Of a stretch of 64,000 bases of DNA, positions 37,468-47,883 are shown in pieces. Below the pieces are notes generated by a model that was not told the DNA's origin, did not search any database, and was given only the letters and a program-made list of their open reading frames with translations. Positions within the stretch are counted from its first letter, which is position 1; each line of letters begins with the position of its first letter. Source of the DNA: Candidatus Altimarinota bacterium (lineage in GTDB: Bacteria; Patescibacteriota; Gracilibacteria; UBA1369); the NCBI GenBank assembly GCA_041752875.1, contig JBGSVP010000001.1, positions 62,872-126,871 on the forward strand, read 5' to 3'. A program made the translations under genes and the position numbers.

Positions 37468-39024
37468 CTAAAACCCACTCACATCTTTCGGCTGTATGAC
37501 AGGTTTATCATAATTGACAGTAAATCTGGAAACATCGGATTTTGTCCCGTCCGGAGCCAAAGCGTATGCTTCAAACTCATTTATGCCCGCATTAAAATTG
37601 CCATATGATTCATTGGCCGTATATATCCATTTTGTATCACCGGGAATAAATTTACTTAAAGTATATCCGTTAACCACAACCTTTTCTGCCCCTTTAACAA
37701 TGCCCTCTATCTTCACTATCCCGACCTTCACGTCTGAAGAAGTACTACCATTGAAAGTCAAAGGTTTTGGAGCTTCTAAATCATCTTTGATTTCCGGTGC
37801 AACTTTGTCGTAATTGATAATCAGTTGGGTAGTTCCACTTTTATTACCTTTTTCATCCACCGCATAAAAATCATATATATTTTCTCCCGGTTTAAGATTA
37901 CCCAATAATTCTGAAACATTGTAACTCCAGCCTTTCGTCCCCTTCACATATTTACTCAAGACATATACGTCCTTTACTCCATCACTAGTCTGCTCGACAA
38001 CAACTTTAGCTGTATTAAGCCCCACACTTCCGCTGATAGTAAGCTTACCTCCGGTCTTTACAGTTCTTTCTGACGGTAAAGGCTTATCTATAACCGGAGC
38101 AATAAAAGATTCTTCAACCATAGAATTATCTTCAGAGGTCTGAACCGTTTGTGGTTTTCTTTCCTCATGCAATACCATGATCCCGACATTGGCCCCTATC
38201 TCCTGTGAAACATCACCACTATCAACTGCAATCGTCTTTATCTTCTGATTTTCGGATATCGCGGAATCAAGATTATCAAAATCTGTAGGTGAATTGTCTT
38301 CCTTCATATTCCACACATACCAATCTGTCGCCTTAAACTGATCACTTATAGCCTTCAACAATGAGGGACGATTATTAGACTTGAAAGCCTTTAATGCCGC
38401 TTCATCCAAAACCAATTCCTGACCTACCCCCACAGTAATGGTATCCGCCACTCTTTCTTTCCCACTTTCATTAACCAGGATATCTACATCCACCTGCTTA
38501 TCGAAAACCCTAACCGTTTCAGCATCCGCATCCTCAAGCTCAAAAGTAGCACCTGAAGATTTAACCTTCAAATGACTCATCCTAACTTCATATTGTGATT
38601 CCCTAACATCCTGACTCCGTCCCGCTTTCACCCAGATAACACCGTTATTTAGATTTAAGACTATTTTTTCACTATCAAATTGCTTTACCAAATCCGTCAA
38701 TGTAACAGCGGAATCAGAATTAAGCCGAACTATAGAATCATTATAGAATGACATCACCAATTTCCCTTGAGCAGAAGTCTTTACAGAATCTCCTAATAGA
38801 AGCTTTGTTCCGCTATAGGCATTTTCCCATTCGGATTTTCCGTAAGGAAGCAGTTTAGCCTTTCCTTCGACAATATAAAAATAGACGTTCGCCTTCCCCT
38901 GAACAGTATAATTTTGCCAAAGCTGATAACCCAAAACACCTATTACACCTATACTAACCAGAATCAAAAAAGGAAGAATAAAATCTAAAGGACTTTTTCT
39001 ATTGATTTTGCGCATAAGAGACAA
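37468..39024 (-). CDS. membrane-anchored protein with a FecR-like domain and two C-terminal Ig-like repeats
   Basis: N-terminal TM helix (ILPFLILVSIGVIGVLGY). FecR-like beta-rich segment (GDSVKTSAQGKLVMSFYNDSIVRLNSDSAVTL). Two homologous C-terminal modules each end in (I/V)NYDK. Confidence 0.7.
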   Translation of the reverse strand: MSLMRKINRKSPLDFILPFLILVSIGVIGVLGYQLWQNYTVQGKANVYFYIVEGKAKLLPYGKSEWENAYSGTKLLLGDSVKTSAQGKLVMSFYNDSIVRLNSDSAVTLTDLVKQFDSEKIVLNLNNGVIWVKAGRSQDVRESQYEVRMSHLKVKSSGATFELEDADAETVRVFDKQVDVDILVNESGKERVADTITVGVGQELVLDEAALKAFKSNNRPSLLKAISDQFKATDWYVWNMKEDNSPTDFDNLDSAISENQKIKTIAVDSGDVSQEIGANVGIMVLHEERKPQTVQTSEDNSMVEESFIAPVIDKPLPSERTVKTGGKLTISGSVGLNTAKVVVEQTSDGVKDVYVLSKYVKGTKGWSYNVSELLGNLKPGENIYDFYAVDEKGNKSGTTQLIINYDKVAPEIKDDLEAPKPLTFNGSTSSDVKVGIVKIEGIVKGAEKVVVNGYTLSKFIPGDTKWIYTANESYGNFNAGINEFEAYALAPDGTKSDVSRFTVNYDKPVIQPKDVSGF

Positions 39025-39132
39025 GATTATTTCAATTTCACAAAAAATATAACATCACCATATTTGATGTAAAGCAAAAAACGAACTTTACGTATGTTAA
39101 AGTATTCAAAAACTATATTTGTTGAAAGCGTT

Positions 39133-40557
39133 CTAAATGCCTATTTCTTTCTTTAAAGCATTAATATCACGACTTACACGAGTATCGTCCTTCAGCTCTT
39201 TCTCTATCTTACCACAAGAATGCATCACCGTAGTATGATTCCTTCCGCTAAAACTCTCGCCGATTGTGGCATAAGACTGATTCAAAATCTCTCTTATCAG
39301 ATACATACAGACCTGCCGTGGTAACATCAGTTCCTTGCGGCGGTCGTCACTAATCATATCGCTCTTGGTAATCTTATAGTATTGGGCAACCAAATCTATG
39401 ACATCTTCATTTGTTCTGACAATGAGTTTCCTTGAATCATCCTCCTGCTTATATCCTTTTATATCTATATTCCGATTCAGCCTGCGTATGGTGTCGGATA
39501 CGGATTTTATCGTGGGAGTCGTTTTAGTAAGCTCCCATTCTGCAATAGCCTTTACAAGGACACCAACCATTTCACGTACACTATTGTTTACATTGAAGGC
39601 TATAAACTCAAGAACCTCACGGTCTATCATAACTTCATGTTCGCTACACTTGGTATTCAGAATAGCCAGCCGCGTCTCAAAATCAGGAAGCAGAAGTTCA
39701 ACTATCATTCCCATACCAAAACGACTGGTAAGCCTTTCTTCAAGACCGTCCAAATCATTAGGCGGACGATCGGAACTCAATATTATCTGTTTTTTGTTAT
39801 CATAAAGTTCATTGAAAGTATGAAAAAACTCCTGTTGTGAAGAAGACTTGTTTCCGAAAAACTGGATATCGTCGATAATCAGACAATCCAAATTTCTGTA
39901 ACGATCCTTGAAAGATTTGGTATGTCGACTGCCTATGGCTTCCACTATTTCATTTATAAAACGTTCCGAAGTCATATATACGACCGTCTTATCGCGAAAA
40001 TTCTTAAGGATCTGATTCCCTGTAGCCTGTAAAAGATGGGTTTTCCCCAATCCCACCCCACCAAACAGGAACAATGGGTTATATATATTTCCGGGACGTG
40101 CCGCCACAGCCATACAAGCGGCATGAGCAAGTTTATTTTCGTTACCAGGGATAAAAGTATCAAGAGTGTATTGCGTATTAAACATCTTGCTTCTTATCCC
40201 ATCCGGCATCAATACTTCCTGCCTGTTCGGCACTTTTCTGACACTCTTCTTCCCTTCCATCTCACTAATCATCCTGGAATCGAGTTTATCTACGTTTTCC
40301 TCATCCAACAAAGAACTCTTTACCTCATATCTTATTTCCTTAACATCAGGAAGAGCCTCACTGATTAATTCATAAAGACGCTTTTCGAACCTGTCTTTAA
40401 TGAACTGCAAACCCATTATAGTGGGTATGCCGACAGTTAGTATTCCATCTTTATTATCCAGAATAGCCGAATCCTTAAAAAAAGATAATATATGCGACTT
40501 CCCAACAGTTTGCGAAAGACGAGCAACCACACCTTCCCAAACAGCTTTCTTATCCAT
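39133..40557 (-). CDS. dnaA: chromosomal replication initiator protein DnaA
   Basis: Walker A GGVGLGKTHLLQA, Walker B LIIDDIQF, sensor motifs, and the C-terminal DNA-binding helix GRNHTTVMHSCGKI. Confidence 0.95.
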   Translation of the reverse strand: MDKKAVWEGVVARLSQTVGKSHILSFFKDSAILDNKDGILTVGIPTIMGLQFIKDRFEKRLYELISEALPDVKEIRYEVKSSLLDEENVDKLDSRMISEMEGKKSVRKVPNRQEVLMPDGIRSKMFNTQYTLDTFIPGNENKLAHAACMAVAARPGNIYNPLFLFGGVGLGKTHLLQATGNQILKNFRDKTVVYMTSERFINEIVEAIGSRHTKSFKDRYRNLDCLIIDDIQFFGNKSSSQQEFFHTFNELYDNKKQIILSSDRPPNDLDGLEERLTSRFGMGMIVELLLPDFETRLAILNTKCSEHEVMIDREVLEFIAFNVNNSVREMVGVLVKAIAEWELTKTTPTIKSVSDTIRRLNRNIDIKGYKQEDDSRKLIVRTNEDVIDLVAQYYKITKSDMISDDRRKELMLPRQVCMYLIREILNQSYATIGESFSGRNHTTVMHSCGKIEKELKDDTRVSRDINALKKEIGI

Positions 40558-40776
40558 ATAAATCTTTTAGATTATCCTAAATTCCTGTGACGTTAATGGT
40601 ATTCTTTTTTTCGGTGACGCTCAAGTTAACCAAATACGATCGACCACATACAACTACCTGTATGAATAAATCGCAAACATACAATCAGTAGATTTTTTCT
40701 TATACAAAAAAATATACTGACAAGAAATCAAATGATACCAAAATTCACATTACCTACAATCGCAACCAAAAATCAC

Positions 40777-42396
40777 TTAAAACAAACGAATTACATCCTT
40801 ATATGTAACGGCAAAAATTAGCAACATCAAAAACACAAATCCTACAGCATGCACAATAGACTCAAACCTTGCGCCTATTTTTTTACCCACCAGAACTTCA
40901 GCTACAATAAAGAGTAACCTACCCCCATCCAAAGCAGGAAAAGGAAAGATATTTATTATCGCCAGACTCATAGAGAGCAAAGCCATAAACCTAATAAGAG
41001 ACATAAAACCTTCCTGGACAAAGACACTTGTAAGCTGGGCTATTCCGACAGGACCCGATACTCCCTCAGGTACCGCAAACTTGGTAAAAAGAGATTGAAT
41101 GAAACCTAAAAACATAGATACAGTCAAAGACGACAATCTTCCCGACTCCTCGATTGCTTTAATTGGAGCAGTCCAGAAAGGGTATCTTACATCATCTATC
41201 CTTACCACCGAAGTTGGATAATCTACACTGTAGAAACTAAAATCGGTATTCAAAAAAGAAACAACCGGAGAAAGCCCTACACCTATCAACCCGTCCGCGC
41301 CGATTTTGATATCCCTATATATGATTTGCCCTTCTCTTCTTATTCCATAAGTATTGGTATTCACGTTAGCGGCTTTGGTTATATCGATAACATTCTGTGG
41401 ATTCTTTACGGCTACTCCGTTAACAGAGACTATCGAATCTCCATCCAGTATTCCTGCTTTTTCCGCAGGAGAACCGGATATCACACTACTCACAACCACG
41501 CTGTCGTTCTGAAAAGATTTCAGTACAACATCCACAACTGTATTTCCTCTGGCCAACTTATAATTCATGGAATCCACTCCGGATAAAGCCACAAGAAGAT
41601 CTTCAGGAAAATATACCTGCTTTCCATTGATGCTCAAAACCACATCACCATTTCTGATACCTGCTTTTTCCGAAACACCACTCTTTAAAACTTCCCTTAT
41701 AGCCACTCTCGGCATCGGCAACAAGTCGTATATACCAAACCCCAAAACATTTCCGGGTATTATCTGTAAAACCAAAACTTTAAGTTCATCGCCTCGCATA
41801 ATATCAACAACAGAACTGGTTCCTCTAACTTCCTTAAATACATTATGAAACTGATCGTTATTTTTAATCTCTTTCCCGTCTATCTTTAGAATTCGGTCAC
41901 CTATCTTGAGCCCTGCCTTGTCAGCGGGGCTACCTGAATCTACGGTCTTAACGATAACACCGGTTTCGATTCCCACTCCACCCCGTTCGATAGCCATGAA
42001 CACATCATCTCCCGTAATTATCAATGGTTTTATGCCTACAATAAAACCTGTCGTCAACAATAACACCGCCAAAAGAAAATTCATCACCACGCCGGCGATT
42101 ATGACCATCATTCTGACCCTGGGTGACTTCGATGAAAAACTTTTTTTATTTTTCAATAACTTCGTATCTGCATCATCTTCTCCCAGCAACCTTACAAATC
42201 CTCCAAACGGAATTAGATTTATCGAATATAAGGTATCTCCTTTCTTTACACCCCAAATACGGGGAGGAAGACCGAATCCAAATTCTTCAACGGTAATACC
42301 GGATTTTCTCGCCACTATAAAATGTCCGAATTCATGCACCAGCACCAATACGGAAAATATGACTATGAAAACAAATGTTGTAAGTAAGATACTCAT
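40777..42396 (-). CDS. rseP: site-2 (RIP) zinc metalloprotease RseP/RasP with three PDZ-like segments
   Basis: HEFGHFIVA (HExxH) in the first TM, and NIFPFPALDGG near the C-terminus. Three PDZ carboxylate-loop-like segments are present: GSPADKAGLKIGDRIL, GVSEKAGIRNGDVVL and GSPAEKAGILDGDSIV. Confidence 0.9.
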   Translation of the reverse strand: MSILLTTFVFIVIFSVLVLVHEFGHFIVARKSGITVEEFGFGLPPRIWGVKKGDTLYSINLIPFGGFVRLLGEDDADTKLLKNKKSFSSKSPRVRMMVIIAGVVMNFLLAVLLLTTGFIVGIKPLIITGDDVFMAIERGGVGIETGVIVKTVDSGSPADKAGLKIGDRILKIDGKEIKNNDQFHNVFKEVRGTSSVVDIMRGDELKVLVLQIIPGNVLGFGIYDLLPMPRVAIREVLKSGVSEKAGIRNGDVVLSINGKQVYFPEDLLVALSGVDSMNYKLARGNTVVDVVLKSFQNDSVVVSSVISGSPAEKAGILDGDSIVSVNGVAVKNPQNVIDITKAANVNTNTYGIRREGQIIYRDIKIGADGLIGVGLSPVVSFLNTDFSFYSVDYPTSVVRIDDVRYPFWTAPIKAIEESGRLSSLTVSMFLGFIQSLFTKFAVPEGVSGPVGIAQLTSVFVQEGFMSLIRFMALLSMSLAIINIFPFPALDGGRLLFIVAEVLVGKKIGARFESIVHAVGFVFLMLLIFAVTYKDVIRLF

Positions 42397-42404
42397 GGGA
42401 AAAA

Positions 42405-42962
42405 TTATACTGTCATTATATCTCTCTCCTTGTTCTTCGACATCGTTTCGATTTCCAGATTAACCTTATCCACACGCTCCTGTAATCTCTTTTCAAACGA
42501 ATGAAGCTGATCTTCGGTAACTTTGCCTTCTTTTTCCAGCTTCTTCATCTCATCGTTCATCTCCTGACGGGCATGCCTTATGCTTATCCTGGCTTCTTCA
42601 GCCAACTTACCGACAACTTTAGCCAGGTCCCTGCGGCGTTCCTCGGTCAATGGAGGAAGATTAAGACGAATAACCACTCCATCATTCATGGGGGCAAGAT
42701 TCAAATCGGAATTTCTGATGGCCTTTTCTATTTCCACAAGCAGACCTCTGTCCCATGGCTGTATCTGTACCGTCTTCGGATCGGGTACGGAAATACTTCC
42801 TATTCCCTTCAATGGCTGTTTCGAACCATAAGCATCTACCATAAGATGTTCAACAAGCGCCGCAGATGCACGACCTATCTGAAGATGCGAATATTCCCCT
42901 TTCAAATGGTCTATAACCTTGACAAACTGTCCCTCTGTTTTCTGCAACACGCTGTCCAACAT
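42405..42962 (-). CDS. frr: ribosome recycling factor
   Basis: 185 aa. LQIGRASAALVEHLMVDAYGS...QPWDRGLL..IEKAIRNSDLNLAPMNDG..IRLNLPPLTEERRRDL is canonical RRF. Confidence 0.95.
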   Translation of the reverse strand: MLDSVLQKTEGQFVKVIDHLKGEYSHLQIGRASAALVEHLMVDAYGSKQPLKGIGSISVPDPKTVQIQPWDRGLLVEIEKAIRNSDLNLAPMNDGVVIRLNLPPLTEERRRDLAKVVGKLAEEARISIRHARQEMNDEMKKLEKEGKVTEDQLHSFEKRLQERVDKVNLEIETMSKNKERDIMTV

Positions 42963-43032
42963 ATAGAAACTTTATTAAATATTATATACTATGAAATTTT
43001 ACTCCAAAATTCTGATTACGTTAAACTAAAAA

Positions 43033-43755
43033 CTAAGAAATTAATGTTCCAATCGGTTCACCTTTCACTACCTTCGCAATATTTCCCTTTTTACGCTGAT
43101 TAAAAACGACTATCGGCATCTTCGAATCGCTACACAAGGAAACCGCACTTAAATCCATAACCTCCAGGCCCTTGTCAAGAACAGCCCTGTAACTCAACTT
43201 CTTAAAAGCTTTCGCATCGGCATATTTCGCAGGATCCTTATCGAAGACATAATTTTCCTTTGTGGCTTTCATCAGCACATCACATTTAAGTTCCAACGCC
43301 CTTAATGCCGCCGCGGAATCTGTCGTAAAAAAAGGACTTCCTGTCCCCCCGGCACAAATCACTATATCTCCGTCATCCAATTCTTCCCTAACCTTATCCA
43401 CATAATATACCGGTAAAACAGTAGGCATCGATATCGCCGAAAACGCCTTCGCTTCCACACCAAGACGCACGAAAGCATTCGCCATGGCCATGGAATTCAT
43501 TACCGTAGCAAGCATCCCCATATAGTCGGAATGTACACGATCCAGTCCGGAATCCTTAAAATCCCTATAGCGCCAAAAATTTCCTCCTCCAATGACAATC
43601 GCGATTTTTACACCGAATTTCCTGACTTCGACAATCTCCCTGCAAAGCGATTCAAGATATCCAAAATCTATACCCGAACCTTTCTCCCCCTGAAGGACTT
43701 CTCCGGACAACTTCAGCATTATCCGCCGATACTTCAATTTGGATTTAGTTGCCAT
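43033..43755 (-). CDS. pyrH: UMP kinase
   Basis: YRRIMLKLSGEVL...IVIGGGNFWRY...MGMLATVMNS..., CAGGTGSPFFTTDSAAALRA. 240 aa. Confidence 0.95.
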   Translation of the reverse strand: MATKSKLKYRRIMLKLSGEVLQGEKGSGIDFGYLESLCREIVEVRKFGVKIAIVIGGGNFWRYRDFKDSGLDRVHSDYMGMLATVMNSMAMANAFVRLGVEAKAFSAISMPTVLPVYYVDKVREELDDGDIVICAGGTGSPFFTTDSAAALRALELKCDVLMKATKENYVFDKDPAKYADAKAFKKLSYRAVLDKGLEVMDLSAVSLCSDSKMPIVVFNQRKKGNIAKVVKGEPIGTLIS

Positions 43756-43756
43756 T

Positions 43757-44578
43757 TTAGGTTGAAAAAAAGATATAAGTCAGTACCACACCTATAGCAA
43801 TACCTACAAGAAAGACCAACGGAACCTTTTTTTCTTCCCTCTTATCCTGGGCTCCCGCCAGTTCAGTCAAAAGATTCGAACTGATTATTATGTCCTGATC
43901 CACATTCGCAGTAATCACTTCACCAAAATCACGACTCGAAACCAGATTCACGAACTTGCCGAATTTTATTTTGACTGTCTCCTTAGGAATCATCTCCTGC
44001 AATATTCTTTCCGCTGCGGCATCGATGACCGACTCATCGGCTGCCCCCTGTTTAGACTGTGATGAAGCAGGTGGAACCTGTGACTTAGAAACTTCATCCA
44101 CATGGCCTATATGAAATGAAACCGGCTCCGCAGACTGCGTATTCAAAGGTTCGACTTGGGACATATCTTCAGATGTTAATTGATGGATTTTAAAAGATTC
44201 ACCGGTAGATTTCTGCTCCACGACAACGGGTTCTATATCCCTCATATTATATTGTCTGTTCAGCGGAGTCCGCCTTATCTGCACAGGTTTATTCATGACA
44301 TTTTCAAGCCGGGTTCTCTTGTTGACGACCACAGGGCTTTTTACCGAAACACCCTTTTTTCCGGGAGCCTTAACTTTCGCATCCGGCTTTTTCCCCACGA
44401 CCAAAGACTTCTCCGGATTTCGCATCGGACGTATTACCTGCACGAGACCGGAACTATCCTCTACAACCTTAACAGAATCGTTTTTCTTTTCATTTATCCG
44501 AACCGTTTTTGTATTTGCCATAATTTTTTTTGTATCTGCAGAACTGAAATCAAATATAACACACGGCCCTGAAAACAA
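43757..44578 (-). CDS. hypothetical protein with a C-terminal membrane anchor
   Basis: Polar and Ser/Val/Lys-rich, with no recognisable domain. C-terminal helix VPLVFLVGIAIGVVLTYIFF. It ends 1 nt before the pyrH start. The likely true start is the internal ATG at 44521 (MANTKTV). Confidence 0.55.
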   Translation of the reverse strand: MFSGPCVIFDFSSADTKKIMANTKTVRINEKKNDSVKVVEDSSGLVQVIRPMRNPEKSLVVGKKPDAKVKAPGKKGVSVKSPVVVNKRTRLENVMNKPVQIRRTPLNRQYNMRDIEPVVVEQKSTGESFKIHQLTSEDMSQVEPLNTQSAEPVSFHIGHVDEVSKSQVPPASSQSKQGAADESVIDAAAERILQEMIPKETVKIKFGKFVNLVSSRDFGEVITANVDQDIIISSNLLTELAGAQDKREEKKVPLVFLVGIAIGVVLTYIFFST

Positions 44579-44626
44579 AAACAGATTTATTGCATTTGAC
44601 CATAATAAATATGGCCTATATCATAC

Positions 44627-46120
44627 ATGATTGGGGCTTTCCCCGATCTAACCTTAACAAATCGGATCATGCAAAAAGGACGCGCTGACACGGTTTTCGG
44701 CTCCGATTACGGAGACGAAGGAAAAGGACGAATAGTCGATGTCCTGCTCGAAAATGGAGACTATACGATAGCCTGTCGTTTTAACGGTGGGCCAAATGCG
44801 GGACATACACTCTTCAAAGACGGGGAAAAACTTATCCTAAATTCAATTCCGTCGGGAATCCTTTATAAAAACATCATCAATTACATCGGATCGGGTTGCG
44901 TAGTCGACCCTGTGCACATTTTTGATACAGAAATACCACGAATAAAGGCTTTCATACCTATCGACGGAAGAATAAAAATCTCCGCCCTTGCTACAGCAAT
45001 CACTCCCACCCAAATATTCTGGGACAAGGCAACCGGCAAAATGGTAGGCACTACGGGACGCGGGATAGGCCCGGCATACGCGGACAAAGCACGACGGGCG
45101 GAAGGCAAGAGCATAAGATACCTTAGACTTTGCGACATATTGGCCGCACCCGAAAAAGCCGGAGAAATTATCAAAAAGAACTACGAAGAATCAATTAAGA
45201 TAGCTTCCGCGCTGGGAATGGACATTGAAGAAGCGGACGACATAAACGAACGTATCGACAGATTTATTGGAGCTACGCTTGAACTGGATCGCAACGGGTT
45301 GATAGAAAAAGACCCATTGTGGATGACAAAAATGGTCGAAGACGGAAAGAACGTATTGATGGAAGGAGCTCAAGCTTTCGGACTGGATATAACTTACGGA
45401 GCAGCACCTTTCACCACATCCAGCAACACTGTAGCCGGCAATGCTTATGTAGGGGGAGACCTTGCGGCTAAATATCACGGAAAAACATATGGTGTCGCCA
45501 AGGCCATAGCTTCACGCGTGGGATCGGGCCCTTTTGTGGGTGAATTCGGAGGAAGAAAATCAGAAAGATACTGTGACGAAAAAGACACTGAAGGAAAACC
45601 GAAATACCTGCAGGAAAAAGAAAGCGAACTCTACGATACAAATAGTCTGCTCAAATCCGACGACACTTTGAAATTCGGCATAGGCCTACGCATGAAAACC
45701 GGCGAATATGGCGCAACGACAAAAAGACCCCGCCGAGTCGGAATGCCGGACCTCTTCAGACTTGCCTTCGCCGTAAGAAGGAGCGGCGCCGACAAACTAT
45801 ACGTCACAAAGATGGACTGTCTTAAAGAATACGCAAACAACACTTTATATGAAGGAAAAATTCCAGTCATAACCGGTTACAGACTTAACGGCAAAACTAT
45901 AGATTATGTCCCCGCCTCCGCGGAAGAACAATATGATATCGAGCCGGTTATCACACTGATGCCGGCCATTCCTGATATATCCGATATCAGGATGGAAAAA
46001 GACTTACCACCCCAGGCCATAGAGATGATTGAGCTGATCAAAAAAATTACCCGTTGTCCTATCGGCGGAATAGGGGTTGGTCCGGAAAGAAATCAGATGG
46101 TTTTTTTGGAAAAAGAATAG
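44627..46120 (+). CDS. purA: adenylosuccinate synthetase (with an internal insertion)
   Basis: GDEGKGRIVD P-loop, GGPNAGHT, TTGRGIGPAYADK, and GATTKRPRRVG. The likely start is the ATG at 44669 (MQKGRADTVFGSDYGDEGKG). Confidence 0.9.
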   Translation: MIGAFPDLTLTNRIMQKGRADTVFGSDYGDEGKGRIVDVLLENGDYTIACRFNGGPNAGHTLFKDGEKLILNSIPSGILYKNIINYIGSGCVVDPVHIFDTEIPRIKAFIPIDGRIKISALATAITPTQIFWDKATGKMVGTTGRGIGPAYADKARRAEGKSIRYLRLCDILAAPEKAGEIIKKNYEESIKIASALGMDIEEADDINERIDRFIGATLELDRNGLIEKDPLWMTKMVEDGKNVLMEGAQAFGLDITYGAAPFTTSSNTVAGNAYVGGDLAAKYHGKTYGVAKAIASRVGSGPFVGEFGGRKSERYCDEKDTEGKPKYLQEKESELYDTNSLLKSDDTLKFGIGLRMKTGEYGATTKRPRRVGMPDLFRLAFAVRRSGADKLYVTKMDCLKEYANNTLYEGKIPVITGYRLNGKTIDYVPASAEEQYDIEPVITLMPAIPDISDIRMEKDLPPQAIEMIELIKKITRCPIGGIGVGPERNQMVFLEKE

Positions 46121-46154
46121 ACTTTCTCAATAAAACATTGTTTAGCTACAATCA

Positions 46155-46187
46155 AAAAGGCCGGCTTCCTATAAGAACCGGCCTTTT
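46155..46187. terminator. bidirectional intrinsic terminator between purA and groEL
   Basis: aaaaggccgg (46155-46164), 13-nt loop, ccggcctttt (46178-46187). There are A/T runs on both sides, and it lies between convergent stop codons. Confidence 0.65.
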
Positions 46188-46202
46188 ATCTTCAATCGGT
46201 AA

Positions 46203-47840
46203 TTACATATCCATTCCCATTCCGCCCATACCGCCATGACCATGACCTGCGGCAGATTCTTTTGCTTCCGGAATTTCGACAATCGCCGCTTCCATCGTCA
46301 GAAAAATTCCTGCAATAGAAACCGCATTTTCAAGTTCACAACGGACAACCATCTTGGGATCGATTATTCCCGCCTTAACCATATCCACATATTCATCCTT
46401 TGCGGCATCGTAACCATGTCCATCCTTCATCTCAAGAACCTTATGTTCGATTACTGCGCCATCTTTGCCGGCATTCTCCGCAATCTGTCTAATCGGATAG
46501 CTAAGGGCTCTCTTTACTATATTGATACCTGTCTTTTCATCGGCATCACCATCCATCTTATCCAAAACCTTGGCGGCATGGAGTAAAGCCACTCCACCTC
46601 CAGGAACAATCCCTTCAGCCACAGCGGCCTTTGTAGCGGCAACAGCATCTTCAATCCGGTGCTTCTTCTCCTTAAGTTCGGTTTCGGTAGCCGCACCGAC
46701 TTTAATCACACCAACTCCGCCTGCCAGCTTCGCCATCCTTTCGGCGAGCTTTTCCTTATCGAACTCGGAGGTCGTCTTTTCCATCAACACCTTAATTTCC
46801 GCCAGACGAGATTCCACATCCTTCTTCTTTCCTTTCCCCTCTACGATAATCGTCTTCTCCTTATCGGATATGACCTTTCTGGCTTCACCAAGATCGCTCA
46901 ATTCAGCCGTTTCCACCTTAAGACCCAGTTCATCTGTTATAACCCTGCCCCCAGTCAACGCCGCGATATCTTTCAACATTTCCTTGCGGCGATCGCCATA
47001 AGCCGGAGCCTTGATGGCCAACACGCTAAATATGCCGCGAAGCTTATTCAAGACAAAAGTGGCAAGTGCTTCACCTTCGACCTCTTCAGCAATAATAACC
47101 AGTTCTTTTTTTCCGCTTTGGGCAAGTTTCTCAATCAAAGGAATCAATTCCTGAATCGAACCAAGCTTCTTGTCGGTAATCAAAATTTTGACATCATCAT
47201 AAGAGGCTTCCATTCTTGCCGGATCGGTTACCATATAAGGAGAGATGTATCCGTTATCGAAATTCATACCTTTAACGACTTCCTTTTCCATCCCCATAGT
47301 TTGTGATTCTTCGACTGTTATCACTCCATCGTTACCTACCATCTCAAGCACATCGGCAATCATTTGCCCGACTTCGGAATCCTGAGCGGAAATAGTAGCA
47401 ACCTGTGCAATCATATCCTTGGAATCGCCGACATCCACTTTAATCTTATCCAGTTCTTCAACAATTTTCCTTACAGCCCTGTCCATCCCTCTTTTAAGAT
47501 GCATAGGATTGGCACCGGCCGTCACATTCCTGTTTCCTTCGTTAATCATAGCCGCCGCAAGTACGGTAGCAGTAGTGGTACCGTCACCGGCAACATCGTT
47601 TGTCTTCGTAGCGACCTCTTTCACCAACTGTGCACCCATATTTTCATAGGAATCCTTCAGTTCTATCTCCTTTGCCACAGTAACACCATCCTTGGTTATC
47701 ATCGGAGCGCCGTATTTTTTCTCTATCAGAACATTCCTTCCTTTAGGACCAAGCGTAGTCGCGACAGTCCTGGAAAGCTGATTTACACCGGAAATAATCT
47801 GCTGACGAGCCGTATCGCCAAATTGTATCTGTTTTGCCAT
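46203..47840 (-). CDS. groL: chaperonin GroEL
   Basis: 545 aa with [12 protein letters not shown], and a C-terminal [10 protein letters not shown] tail. Confidence 0.97.
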   Translation of the reverse strand: MAKQIQFGDTARQQIISGVNQLSRTVATTLGPKGRNVLIEKKYGAPMITKDGVTVAKEIELKDSYENMGAQLVKEVATKTNDVAGDGTTTATVLAAAMINEGNRNVTAGANPMHLKRGMDRAVRKIVEELDKIKVDVGDSKDMIAQVATISAQDSEVGQMIADVLEMVGNDGVITVEESQTMGMEKEVVKGMNFDNGYISPYMVTDPARMEASYDDVKILITDKKLGSIQELIPLIEKLAQSGKKELVIIAEEVEGEALATFVLNKLRGIFSVLAIKAPAYGDRRKEMLKDIAALTGGRVITDELGLKVETAELSDLGEARKVISDKEKTIIVEGKGKKKDVESRLAEIKVLMEKTTSEFDKEKLAERMAKLAGGVGVIKVGAATETELKEKKHRIEDAVAATKAAVAEGIVPGGGVALLHAAKVLDKMDGDADEKTGINIVKRALSYPIRQIAENAGKDGAVIEHKVLEMKDGHGYDAAKDEYVDMVKAGIIDPKMVVRCELENAVSIAGIFLTMEAAIVEIPEAKESAAGHGHGGMGGMGMDM

Positions 47841-47883
47841 AGTATATTATAAGTTATTATGTGTATAAAAAAATTATTCAAGA

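Noticed and set aside
40558-40776. Candidate oriC immediately upstream of dnaA.
   Set aside because: There is only one 2-mismatch DnaA-box-like nonamer and no box cluster, and dnaN is not adjacent. I cannot support an origin call without GC-skew or PWM analysis. It is recorded as a question in the findings instead.
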